Positions 1-11,000 of a stretch of DNA of 64,000 nucleotides are shown in pieces (the stretch's first letter is position 1; each line of letters opens with the position of its first letter). A program made the translations under genes and the position numbers. The stretch lies in contig OZ241831.1 in assembly GCA_965202585.1 (NCBI GenBank), positions 13,392,001 to 13,456,000 on the forward strand, in the 5' to 3' direction. This DNA comes from Thalia democratica. Its lineage: Eukaryota. The notes under the pieces are model-generated. The model saw only the letters and a program-made list of their open reading frames with translations. It did no database searches and was not told where the DNA came from.

Positions 1-550
1 CTACAAAAGGTTAACACACTAGTAAGCAATAACAAAACATTTACGTAAGACTTTCAATGCAGTTTTTAAACCGTAATATAAACGTTTTTGTATCTGAATA
101 ATACAATTGTAAGAGTTGACTTTTTAAAGTATGCTTATGTTAAAACTATTTCAGTCACGTTAATTACAATAAGATCCAAATAAGATATAATTATCATTGC
201 TTATTTTAAAATCCTACAAAGAAGAGTTTAAAATACTTTAAGGTAAAAAATTTAGTAAATTGTATATGATTAACGAAAAACGTCTCTTAATGTGTATTGA
301 AATAACAAAAAAAAAAAAAAACTAAAAATATGTGTAGGATAATGAGGTAATAAAAATATATTAAGATTATGTTAAGTTAATACTAAAATTAAAATCTATA
401 CAAAAATATCTTTACGTAACACAATAAAATCATTATGTTTAAAATAACTAAAAGTTTAATTTTTTTATTGTTATTTTAATAACTTCATTAAGACTAGTTC
501 ATTTTTGCATGAAATTTAGATTAAAAAATAAAAACGTAACATAAGTAAAA

Positions 551-1043
551 TGGGTTAGAAACGATCGGGTTAGAATTGATCGGGTTAGAAGTGATCGGGT
601 TAGAAGTGATCGGGTTAGAAATGATCGAGTTAGAAATGATCGGGTTTAATTGGGTTAGAAGTGATTGGGTTAGAAATGATCTTGTTAGAAATGATCGGGT
701 TAGAAGTGATTGGGTTAGAAATGATCGTGTTAGAAATGATCGGGTTAGAAGTAATCGGGTTAGAAATGATCGGGTTAGAAATGATCGGGTTAGAAGTGAT
801 CGGGTTAGAAGTGATCGGGTTAGAAATGATCGGGTTCGAAATGATCGGGTTAGAAGTGATCGGGTTAGAAATGATCGGGTTAGAAGTGATCGGGTTAGAA
901 GTGATCGGGTTAGAAGTGATCGGGTTAGAAGTGATCGGGTTAGAAGTGATCGGGTTAGAAATGATCGGGTTAGAAGTGATCGGGTTAAAAGTGATCGGGT
1001 TAGAAGTGATCGGGTTAGAAATGATAGCGGGTTAGAAATGATC
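551..1043. repeat. 15-bp tandem minisatellite (TGATCGGGTTAGAA[A/G])n, about 32 copies
   Basis: Directly visible 15-nt period from 551 to about 1043. It generates the spurious repetitive ORFs 576..1253 (VRNDR/VRSDR) and 661..1035 (IGLEM/IGLEV). Confidence 0.97.
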
Positions 1044-1560
1044 GGCTCCCCCTCAAGACAACTTGGAAAAAGAATAAAGGAACATATTCCAAAAAGTATC
1101 GATGAATTTTATATGAGTAATAAAAAAACTAAATCTGTTAGAGTAATAAGTAGTTCAAAAAGATCTGCTATTGCTGAACACTTAGTAAATAACCTTGATT
1201 GTGCTAGTTTTTATAATTTAAAAAGATTTAAGATTATAAAAAATTGTTTTTAAATTTCCGATTTCATTAAACTTGAGGCTATTTGTATTTTGTTAAGAAA
1301 ACCTAAGTTGTGAAACATAAAGATTTTGATTATACTGTTTTGTTGTTTTCTTAAATTGTTTTGTAAATTGTTGCTTTGTTTTATTGTTTTTTTTTAGTTG
1401 CATTGTAATTAGAAGTACTTATGTATTGTTAATAACTCTTTGCTTTAGTATTAATTACGTTGATTGCATTTTCACTATATAAGCTAGATTTGAAATTTTG
1501 TTTTTATTGCTTAGTATACAACTGACGAAAGAAGCATGAAATATATATTGACTTTTAATT
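1044..1560 (+). mobile_element. 5'-truncated Penelope-like retroelement: C-terminal GIY-YIG endonuclease remnant plus 3' pseudo-LTR
   Basis: Translation SRQLGKRIKEHIPK...KRSAIAEHLVNNLDC...RFKIIKNCF, then in a shifted frame KLEAICILLRKPKL, matches the PLE GIY-YIG tail pattern (R.KEH...SAIAEHL...LEA.I...KP.L). It is followed by sequence shared with 2720-3365 and a hammerhead core. Confidence 0.85.
1519..1550 (+). ncRNA. minimal type I hammerhead ribozyme motif (Penelope-associated)
   Basis: CAA-CTGACGA-aagaagcat-GAAA-TATATA-TTG: catalytic core CUGANGA/GAAA, 3-bp stem I (CAA/TTG), self-complementary ATATAT stem III, vestigial stem II. Confidence 0.7.
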
Positions 1561-1959
1561 TTTCACACTTTTTTATTTATTTAATAAGTCTTAGAGTTAG
1601 AGCTTTATTTATATTTACGTAGAGATCATTTAGTCAAATAATATTTGCTCTGCCCCAGAACAACAGAAAGTATGTAATGTGACTCATAAAAGCTGAGTTG
1701 AAAATTAAAAACAGGAATTTTTCATTTAAAAAGTATCTCGTTTAATATAAAAAACCAATTGTTTTTAATAACTTAGTCTGTAATGTTTCTATTGGTTTTG
1801 TTCATTTAAGATTATTGTTCATTAAAATACTAAAACATTTATATATTTACAACTGTTTATCTTTTTTATAGCTGTTTTACCTAATTTTAGATTTATGTTT
1901 TATCAAAAAAAATTTAACCGAATGATAAAACATGCATCTTTTTCTGTTAAAATTAACTC

Positions 1960-2620
1960 ATGTTAGTTTACAATAATCCAGTCTAAAATTGTGCTAAGTT
2001 TCAGATTTAATTTGGCACTGTCTTTGTGTTTTGTGTAACTGTCTTTGTGATTTGCTTTAATGTTGTATATATCATTTGAAAAAATTTGAATTCTTAAACT
2101 TGTGTTATTTTGTAAATAATATGTATTTGAAACAAAAGAGGTCTTAGGACTAAGCCTTGTGGTGCTCAAAAATCAATATTTTCACAAATTAAATTATACC
2201 CTCCAAAATTCACAAACTGTTTTATTTCGGTTAGATATGACGATGCCAAAAAACTTTTTTTCCCTTTATACCATAGCATTCTAGTTTGTCAAATTCTCTA
2301 TTCACGCTATCAAGACTTTATTCAGATCTAGCTAAACTGCATACACAGCTTTAACCTTATCAAATGTAGATAGAAGTCCTTCAACAAAATCAGGCAAAGC
2401 TAAGGTGGTAGAATTACCTTCTCTGAAACCAAGTTTGAAACTTTCTAGGATATTAATTTTAATAAAAAAACTAGTCGAAACGGTTATAAATAACTTTTTC
2501 TATACGACTGTATAGACTGGACAAAACTTAAATTAATCTAAACTAAATAAATTAACTAAATAATTAGTTTCCTGGTAATGTTCCTGGTCCTGACTTGAAT
2601 ATTGGTAGAACTTTTGCTAA
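1960..2620 (-). mobile_element. decayed non-LTR retrotransposon (CR1/L2-like) reverse transcriptase fragment
   Basis: Minus strand reads SFKLGFREGNSTTLAL.DFVEG...AV*LDLNKV...APQGLVLRPLLF...IQIFSND...LN.KL..I.DW. These are degenerate versions of QFGFR..HST, FLDLSKAFD, GVPQGSVLGPLLF and FADD; stops and frameshifts are present. Confidence 0.85.
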
Positions 2621-2764
2621 TTATAAGCTATTTTGATACTTACTTTTGATACTTTGATAAAATTCCTGAATTGTTAGTTCACTAATTACTAAAAAAAACA
2701 ATATTGTTTATTACTTTTTTTTAAATTCTTTCAAAACATATACATAAGACTCAAATTTTCAGAA

Positions 2765-2796
2765 CAATATATATTTCATGCTAATTTCATCAGCTG
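2765..2796 (-). ncRNA. minimal type I hammerhead ribozyme motif
   Basis: Minus strand: CAG-CTGATGA-aattagcat-GAAA-TATATA-TTG. Stem I CAG/TTG includes a G-U pair. Confidence 0.7.
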
Positions 2797-3287
2797 CATA
2801 CTAAGCAATAAAAATAACATTTCAAATTTAGCTTATATAGTGAAAATGTAATAAACGTAAAAGTAATAATAATAATAAAGCAAAGGGTAATTAACAATAC
2901 ATAAGTACTTCTAATTGCAATGCAACTAAAAAATTAATAAAACATAGTAACAACCTATAAAAATATTTAAGAAAACAACTAAAAACTATTAAAAAATTAT
3001 TAAAAATTGTTTACACATTTCTGTTTTAATTAAACTTGAGGATATTTGTATTTCGCTAAAAAAATTGTGTAAACATAAAGATTTTGATTATACTGTTTCG
3101 TTGTTTTCTTAAATTGTTTTATAAGTTGTTGCTCTGTTTTATTTTTTTTTTGTTGCTTTGTAATTAGAAGTACTTATGTATTGTTAATTACTCTTTGCTT
3201 TATTATTATTATTATTATTATTATTACGTTGATTACATTTTCACTATATAAGCTAAATTTGAAATGTTATTTTTATTGCTTAGTATA

Positions 3288-3319
3288 AAACTGATGAAAT
3301 TAGAATGAAATATATATTG
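3288..3319 (+). ncRNA. minimal type I hammerhead ribozyme motif
   Basis: AAA-CTGATGA-aattagaat-GAAA-TATATA-TTG. Core is intact; stem I is weakened. Confidence 0.6.
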
Positions 3320-3418
3320 TTCTGAAAATTTGAGTCTTATGTATATTTTTTGAAAGAATTTATTAAATTGTCAAAAAATGTTTATTTTAAAATTGTTTAT
3401 TCATTTTTTTTGACTGAC

Positions 3419-4180
3419 ATGTATTTTTTTATAATGTATGTTTTTACTTTTTATGTTATTTATTCAAAGAAAAGTACACATTTTTAAATTTGAAAGATAC
3501 AATTTAGTTTTCTTTGTTTTATAGCATAAAATAAATAAAATAAGTGGTGTGTAGCTCGATGTCTGAAAGGGTATTCACTTGTTCCTTTAACCATATTTTT
3601 ATGTTTTAATTTCTTAAACGTGTTTAATAAACTTACTTAAAATTCAAAAGTCTGAAATTAAAATATTTGAGAAAAAATCATTAAGAGTCTATAAATTTGA
3701 AAAGTGTTTACCTATTACTTTTGTTTAATATTCAATAAAAAATTAGGAAACTACACAGAATGTACAAAGTTCCTTAAAGAAAGAAACCTCAAGATGACCA
3801 CAAACAGTCAGTGCAAACAAGAAATAAATCCAAAATATATCAAAATATTAGCATGGTGCGAAAAAAAATATTTTCCCAGCTACAGAAACTTCAATTTAAA
3901 CAACATGGATTTTGTTTTTACTGTAAAGAAACTAACACTAAAAAAGTTGTCAATGAAACCTTTTCATAAAAGTGATACCGACTACCTAAGTATATGTGTA
4001 ACGAAAATTCAAGAAACAACGAAAACTATAAATAATAAAAAGAAAAACGTCACTAAAAAAATAGTTCTATCGAATTCAACATACAAATTAAATGAAAAAA
4101 CAGTTAATCAGATAGTTTCCGTACTCTGTGTGGTTTACATCATAGTAATTTTAGTGTATGCATGGATAAAACTAAGAATA
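3419..4180 (+). CDS. putative signal-peptide exon (3419-3473) plus ectodomain/transmembrane exon (3747-4180); probable 5' part of the kinase gene
   Basis: Exon 3747-4180 is open for 144 codons, has 4 luminal Cys and a 19-aa hydrophobic helix IVSVLCVVYIIVILVYAWI followed by KLRI, and ends at a consensus GTGAGT donor (4181). Its phase-1 acceptor fits a candidate hydrophobic leader exon MYFFIMYVFTFYVIYSKK, which is less certain. Confidence 0.6.
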
Positions 4181-4622
4181 GTGAGTTAAATTGAATTGTT
4201 TTAAATAAAAAGTCTTTGATTTTCTAACGGACCTACAGTATAATTTTAAAAAATTTGTTATTTTACTAGTTAACTTGTTTTCTTCTTAGTTAATTTTAAA
4301 TGTTTTGTGTGATTATAAGACAAAAAAGATGCTTTGTTAAATAAATTTATTACGTTTTCTGGTACAAAAGTTATGTTTCACAAGTAGTAAAATATATACA
4401 ATGGTATATATTTATATAAGTTTTAAATTAATATATATTTTTTAAAAGGGATTAAAATGTGGTACAGCAAAATTTCAAATGAACCAAGTTAAAAAAAAGG
4501 TTTGTTTGTTTATTTGATTTAATTATTAACAATGAAAGTTTTTCAAAAACTTTTAAATAAGATCAGAACTTTTTTAAGATCTCTTGTATAAGACAGAGAT
4601 TACTTTTTTTTATATTTTCCAG

Positions 4623-4655
4623 GTGTCACTGAGATCAAATAGCCATAAAACTTAA
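4623..4655 (+). CDS. possible short terminal exon (VSLRSNSHKT*) giving a kinase-less membrane protein
   Basis: Strong pyrimidine tract plus TTCCAG acceptor at 4622, in phase 0 with the 4180 donor, with a stop after 10 codons. Confidence 0.35.
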   Translation: MSLRSNSHKT

Positions 4656-5029
4656 AGCTAAAAACAATAGTTTGTATACAGTACACCACAGTATATTTTT
4701 ACAAATGCTTAAATGAACAGCTACCTTTAAATTAAACAAAATTAAATGATTTTAAAGAAATGAAATTAAAACGATCAATATATCAAATTTCAAAAGTTAT
4801 TATAACTCAAATATAAAATTTGGTTTATGAGCATATGTTTTAAATGTTAAGTTTTATTAGTTTTATAGAAGTTACTAAACTTATTAAATTTGTTATCTGT
4901 CATGTTATTTAAGCAAAAAACATGTACTCATTAAAATAAATTCAATTGAGTAACAAAAAGAAACTTTTATTAATTTTCATTATTTGTTAAACATTATTTA
5001 TTTAAAACTATAACCTATTTCAAAAAAAG

Positions 5030-8000
5030 GATAAAGAAACAAAATTGAAAGTAAATCATGATGAGGAAAAAAATCAAACAGTAGAAAAAAACCAGGATGG
5101 GACAAAAAATCAAATTGTAGAAAGAAAACAGGATGGGACAAAAAATCAAATTGTAGAAAGAAAACAGGATGAGACAAAAAATCAAATTGTAGAAAGAAAA
5201 CAGGATGGGACAAAAAATCAAATTGTAGAAAGAAAACAGGATGAAACAAAAAGTCAAATTGTGGGAAATAAACAGGATGAGACAAAAAGTCAAATTGTGG
5301 GAAATAAACAGGAAGAGGAAAAAAATAAAACTGTAGAAAAAAATAAAGTCAAAGGAGTAGATCATCATGATCAAAAAAGTCAGGACACGAAAGTAGAGCA
5401 ACCGCTAACAATCCGAAGAATAGATGAATTTGATTTTGTGAAGAAACTTGGAAGAGTTTGTTTAATTATTTTATAAAACTATCTAGCTATTTAATTGTCT
5501 TTTTATATATCTTATTTGCTTTATAAACTTATTACATAAACGGAATTATTTTGTTGTTGTACTTAAATAAATTTTAGTGAAAACAAGATACACTTTATAT
5601 TAAACGATATGAAAAAATGGACTCATCACGTTTTTAATATATGTTAAAGTCTTTTGGTTGGTGAATAAATTATATCAAGTATTTACTGAATTGAAACTAA
5701 TTTATACTGGCATGCTTTAGCTATTAATTATTTGTTTTACAGTCGAAGTTTAACTTGCCTTATTAATTTAACAAAGTAAACATATATCTATATAAAAATT
5801 TTACAACTAAATAAAAGATTTATTATTTGATAATCATTTGCTAAACAGGGAGGATATGGTCAAGTACTTGAAGTTATTTACCGAAACGATAGGAAAAAAT
5901 ACGCAATAAAATTACAAAGCATTTCCGATGAGTGAGTCACAATTTTAACTAATTGATTTTGCTTTGTTAACTGAGAAAGAGGTGTTATAAAAGGGTGGGT
6001 GTCACTTTTGCATGAGCGTCACTTTTGCAGAAGGAGACACTTTTGCACGAGCGTCACTTTAGCTCAAAGGGACACTTTTGCACGGCGTCACTTTTGCACG
6101 CAAGATCACTTTTGTACGGTCGTCGCTTTAGCACGAGGGGACACTTTTGCACGGAGGGTCACTTTTGCAAGAGGAGACACTTTTGCACGGCCACATTTTT
6201 AATGATGACAATTTTTTACGGAAGCATTGTTACACAACGATGCTTTTGCACAACGTCACATTTATACGATGACATTTTTGCACAGCGAAATTTTAGCACG
6301 ATGACTTTTTACACAGAACATCAATTTTGCATGCAGGCCGATTAAAAGTTTTTTAGCTAGAACCAAATATGTAACATAAAAAAAACTTAAAACTAAAATT
6401 TTATAACATACCTATATTAAAGGCAAAAATGAAAGATTTAAAATCTTAAACAGTAAAAGTTAATGTTAGAAACAAACTAACGAAAAGATAAAATAAAATT
6501 ATTTATAAAAGATTCATACCAGGAAAAAAATAAATTAGAAACTAGGATAAAAAATACTTTAAATGTTATTAAATTGTTCTAGCTTATTTTTAATTTCAAT
6601 ACATTAATCAACAACTATGCCTTTTTATATATTTTACTGTAAGGTTACAAGTCTATTGTCCATCTGATGGACCTAGGCATCAAAACCTAGACCACTTAAA
6701 CTGAAAGACACATAAAGAAAAAATGAATTCAACACAAATGTTTATTTATTTAAACAACGGTAAAAACATAATTTGAAATAAAATTTATAGGTTAACGTAA
6801 AAAGCAAAATTTTAACCACAAACTTATACTTATTAACGATTTGATGTAGAACAGGGTTTCCCAAAGTGGGCCAAGCGGCCCCCTAGGGGGCCATGACAGA
6901 TACTCATGGGGAGTAAAGATACTCATGAGCAGTAAAGGAGCCTTGAAACTTACACTAGATATTCTTGAGTTGCAGATGAAGAGCAAAAAAAAAAAAGGTC
7001 TTATGTGTATTTTATGGTAGTTTAGAAATTTACACTAGATATTATTGAGTTGCAGATGAAGAGCAAAAAAAAAAAAGTAATCTTGTTGAAGGGGGCCATT
7101 GCTTTTTCAAATTCTTTAAAGGGGGCCATTTGCAAAAAAGTTTGGGAAACCCTGATGTAGAATGATCAACATAAAATATTTTAATGCATTGACTAACAAC
7201 AAAAATAAAAACTTAACGCTCAAAAGACACTAAAAATAGACTTGCCAGTTGACAAACTATTAAATACATTAAAAAATGACTGATCATTAATAGAGTAAAG
7301 GTGTTGCTAATAAAATTGAACTATAAACTAAATCTTAAAATTGAATCTACGGCTGGTAAAAATTACTTAGTAATTTTACTAACACAAATATAGTTCAGAT
7401 ACAACTTTTTTAACTCTAATCAAAGTTCTTTAAAATTTTCGCAAGAAACTAATTCATTGGAAGTTTGTTCCATATTTCAACTGACCAATAAAAACAAAAA
7501 TAATTCTGCCAAGCCTCATTATTGGAATATTGCAGCGGTTGAAGACTAATATGGTATATTTTCTTTGAACAGATTCTAAATGGTTATTATATTTTTTTAG
7601 TTATGTAGAACATATTGGTGTTTTATATTCTAACTTAGGACGAGTTTAAATGAGAAAAAAACTTATTAAGGCTGTTTATATCTGGAAACTGAAAGCTTTT
7701 TAAATGTTGAAAAGATTTAGTTTATGCAATACGGTAAACGTAAAAAAATGGTAATTCCATTAAAAATTTATAGCAATAAAAATTCAAGGTTCTCAAACAT
7801 TTTAGTTGAAGATAAGTTGATATTGTTTATTTTGAAAACAAAAGTAGAGATAGTAGTGTTTTTTTAATGTTTAGAACTTGACATTTACCAGGGTTTTAGT
7901 TTAATTTGATTTACTTAAGCTAATCGTAAATTATATCTAAGGAATATTGTAAAGTTGTGTTCGATTGGTAAAAATTTTTTGTCATCTGCGAAGAGGCTAA

Positions 8001-11000
8001 TGTTGCTGCTAAAATCAATTTCTGAAGCTATAACATTTAGAAACTCTTATAACTAACCAGACTGCTATAAATTTTGTATTGCAATAATAGTATATTTTTT
8101 TTCAAATGGAGAGACAGAGTCAAAATCTTTTACTGTGTATAGATAACTTAGTAAACATGTTGCTTAAAAATAATACCAACAAAGAAGATACCAATTTGTG
8201 AATTGCGGTACGTGATTATATTGTTGTACGTAAAACTTCAAATAAAAATTTTACATTAAAATTTCATTAAATACTACCACATTTTATTCATTTAAAACAA
8301 CTTGCGTTTAAACGCGAATATTATTCTAGTTGACAAAAAAAAGTTATATAATTTTTTTATTGAGAAAATAAAAAGTAGAAGCGTGCAAAAGTGAAGCTCC
8401 GTTTAAAATTGACTGATTGTTTAAAATTTTCGCAGTTTATAAGTATATCCGTGAAAACATAACGACGTTTGAAAGTGACGCTTTGCAAAAATTTCGCCAT
8501 GCAAATTTAACGTCGTGCAAAAGTTTTGACGTGTAAAAATGTCGCCGTGCAAAAGTGTCCCCTCGTGCTAAAATGACCACCGTGCAAAAGTGACGCCGTG
8601 CAAATGTGTCCCATTGTCTCGATAAGAGTACCCGACGTTGTGTCTAATGTCTCGTTAAGAATACCCTACGTGATGTTTATTGTAACCAATCTAAATTGCT
8701 AGGGGTAATTGCTTGGGATAGATATTTTTAGATAAGATAAATACATCTAAGATACTTAAAAGTCAACAAAAGTTTATTTACAAATATAAAATAGTCACAC
8801 GACACACTAACTAAAACTACAGTTGAACACAAGTAACAAGAAGTATCTTAAACTAAAGAAAACGAAGTATTTCAGACTTAAACTTAAACATTTTATAATA
8901 CAACATTTCGAGCTTTACCACACACCAATGATATTGCTACTGCCGAAACTGCTACTGCAAGTAAATGCAAGTAAAATTCCGTTTTATAAGCACTGAAACA
9001 AATGTAACTCCTAACAATAAAAAATGTTTGTTTTTTAAATACTGGAAGCACGTCACGAAATCTGCGTAAAACAATCTACAACATCCGCTTTTAAATAAAT
9101 TTGGAAAAGCTTGTTTTGAGAATGATGAAAAATGTTTTGGAAAAGCTTTTATTGTTACAAAAAATTACATATTTATTCACGAGCTTTAAAATATTAAAAT
9201 TGAAATGTTAGTTTCATTACACCATCGTGCAAAAGTGACCCTGCGTGCAAAAGTGTCCTCCGTGCTAAAGTGACGCTTGTGCAAAAGTGTCTTCGTGAAA
9301 AAGTGACGCTCGTGCAAAAAGAACCTGTTCCTGTTATAAAAATATCATTTATATACCTTTATGTTTTTTGTTTACAAGCGTTTTAAAAAAATTTCTACGG
9401 CAAAAAAAACATGTAGATGCCTCAGAGTTAAACGTTCTTTAAATTTTAAATAATTTTTTTTAACTAGTCAAAATATTTTTTACAAAATTAAGTTGTTAAA
9501 TGTTTATCAAGTAAAGTGGGAAACGCACAGTTTCCAACCGAACAAATCCGAGAACCGCTTACCAACCAAGGGTAAGGGTTAGGGGTAATAGTGATTGTAA
9601 TAAAGAGTTAAAAAAAAACAACAAATAGTTAAGGATAAACAGATTGGTTGGGAATTGTAATCGGGTTGGAATTGTTAGTGTACAAAGTAAACTTTTTTTC
9701 TATTTTCTGTACTTCTTCGATAGTTTTTTTTTAGCCTGAAACTTAAATCAAAATACATTTTTGTTACAACGCTTTCTTTAAGCTAGTTCTCCTTAGCAAA
9801 TATTTAAAATAAATTTATTTTCAAAGACGAATTTTGTTTAATTAAAATAAACAACACAGCATAGCACCAATGGTAAAACTTACCTAGAAAAAAACACTAA
9901 CAACCGTCGCGAAAAGTATTTCTGTTTGTTTTGATAAAAAATAACTTTCAAACTATTTTACACTCAACTCCTATACTTAAAAATTTAAACCAATTATTAA
10001 CTTTAAAATTTATTAAAAAAATTTATTAACTCTTTTTAGTTATGACAAAAATTTCGTTGAAGATGAAGTTGATAAAATTTCTAATTTCGGTCACCCTTCT
10101 ATAATTAGATATTTTGATGTATTTTTTGAAAAGTTGGATGGAGATCTCAAGTAGTTTAATGTAGCATTCATTATTAGTTTAAAAAAATAGTCAAGTTTAT
10201 TTTAATCTATATCTTAGACATTACACTAGTAACAGCTTAGTTTATAAATTAGTAATAAAAAAACATAAATAGTGTTTTTTCTTATGAAAATTGTACTCTT
10301 TTATGTTTTTGTAGTTTTAATTAACAAAGTAAATAAAAGCAAAAAACTTTTGTAGTTTTAACAGAAAAAGTAAAAAAAAAATCTTTCTAAAGATTTTTAT
10401 TTTGATTTTTTTCTAAAACTAATATATTATACAAATTTATTTCAGAAAAATCATTAAAAAGTGTCCTGGCATGGAGGATGCTGATTTAGAAAAACTAATC
10501 AGAGGAGCCGAGCTTAATAGTTAGTTATTTTACTCAAAATTTTTATACAAAATATTCCCTAGTTATTCATAAATTTTAGATCGTTGGTCTTCAACCTTTT
10601 TAAAAGCTGTGCACACTAAATTATTTGAAAAATATTCTGTGCACACTAGACTAAAGAAAATATCTAATAATTATTGAGGAATTTTTTTTTTAAATGTTTT
10701 AATATATGTAGTTTTTAATGTATTTTTGTATGCCTTTGTATATAAATAGCGGCTTAAGAACTCTTATTTTATGTTATAGTTATCTTTTTACCATATATAT
10801 ATATAGACAAAACAAGCGTCATATAAAAAAACATTTTTTCATCTTACTAAATTTTCTGTGCACAGTAGAAAAGTTTATATATTACTAGTTTGCACAGGTG
10901 CACTTTTTACGACCATTGGTGTAGATCAGGGTTTCCCAAAGTGGTCGGTATCGCCCCCTGGAGCGATTTTAGTAAGTCGGGGCGCAATAACTAGTAAGGG

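Larger units (their letters stand above)
2720..3365. mobile_element. pair of inverted Penelope pseudo-LTRs
   Basis: About 2720-3000 is the reverse complement of about 3090-3365. Both match 1260-1560, and the + copy carries the KLE.I.I..K GIY-YIG tail at about 3030-3080. An inverted pLTR arrangement is typical of Penelope-like elements. Confidence 0.8.

Noticed and set aside
551-1043. CRISPR-like or true telomeric array
   Set aside because: There are no unique spacers, the context is eukaryotic, and the unit is 15 bp rather than (TTAGGG)n.
576-1253. 225-aa and 124-aa ORFs with VRNDR / IGLEM repeats
   Set aside because: They are open only because the 15-bp repeat lacks stops in two frames. 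Only the last ~70 codons are real (Penelope GIY-YIG remnant).
3546-3575. Motif GTGTGT..CTCGATG.C.GAAAGGG shared with 20400-20428 (variant hammerhead or promoter element?)
   Set aside because: The catalytic core is not satisfied, only two short copies exist, and it resembles the end of the 18813 MITE family.
4998-5401. Hydrophobic minus-strand ORFs (95 and 128 aa)
   Set aside because: They are antisense shadows of the 36-bp coding repeat.
8600-9070. Possible solo LTR
   Set aside because: No clear TG...CA pair with a TSD, PBS or PPT could be established.
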